From Eledone cirrhosa (taxonomy: Eukaryota), in NCBI GenBank assembly GCA_964016885.1, contig OZ024740.1, forward strand, positions 4,216,001 through 4,280,000: a stretch of 64,000 bases of DNA, read 5' to 3'. Below the pieces are notes generated by a model that made no database searches, was not told the DNA's origin, and was given only the letters and a program-made list of their open reading frames with translations. The translations under genes were made by a program, and so were the position numbers. Shown here one piece after another: positions 63,401-64,000 of the stretch (position 1 is the stretch's first letter; the number at the start of each line of letters is the position of its first letter).

Positions 63401-64000
63401 AATACCTCACCATCTTCCCACATGTTAAAATACCTCACCATCTTCCCACATGTTAAAATACTTCACCATCTTCCCATGTTAAAATACCTCACCCTCTTCC
63501 CATGTTAAAATACCTCACCATCTTCCCATGTTAAAATACCTCACCATCTTCCCATGTTAAAATACCTCACCATCTTCCCATGTTAAAATACCTCACCATC
63601 TTCCCACATGTTAAAATACCTCACCATCTTCCCACATGTTAAAATACCTCACCCTCTTCCCATGTTAAAATACCTCACCATCTTCCCATGTTAAAATACC
63701 TCACCATCTTCCCATGTTAAAATAACCTCACCATCTTCCCATGTTAAAATACCTCACCATCTTCCCATGTTAAAATACCTCACCATCTTCCCACATGTTA
63801 AAATACCTCACCATCTTCCCACATGTTAAAATACTTCACCATCTTCCCATGTTAAAATACCTCACCCTCTTCCCATGTTAAAATACCTCACCCTCTTCCC
63901 ATGTTAAAATACCTCACCATCTTCCCATGTTAAAATACCTCACCATCTTCCCACATGTTAAAATACCTCACCATCTTCCCACATGTTAAAATACCTCACC
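57441..64000. repeat. 26-28-bp satellite (ATGTTAAAATACCTCACCATCTTCCC[AC])n, truncated by window end
   Basis: Directly visible; diverged units at 57441-57540, increasingly homogeneous to the right. Confidence 0.97.

Overview
Eukaryotic, gene-poor, repeat-dense window that looks heterochromatic. The SINE sequences resemble from memory those of octopus/cephalopods, but the taxon is not established. The centre (7356-43393) holds six full-length, near-identical, co-oriented copies of a ~5.63-5.65 kb two-ORF Tx1/L1-group non-LTR retrotransposon (CCHC ORF1; APE-RT-zinc finger ORF2). Each copy interrupts a 72-bp satellite at exactly the same phase, with no poly(A) tail and no TSD, and every spacer is 72n-5 bp long (n=20,4,4,1,2). 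A paralogous empty site within the same satellite array shows that 5 bp of target are missing at the insertion. Copy 6 is fully intact and copy 3 looks like an unequal-crossover chimera. Downstream, an 11.6-kb ~40-bp satellite lies inside a hAT-like MITE bounded by an 8-bp TSD (AACTAGAC). Also present: 14-bp, 21-bp and 26-28-bp tandem arrays, several tRNA-type SINEs (two with clear TSDs) and decayed LINE 3' fragments. No host protein-coding gene is supported.
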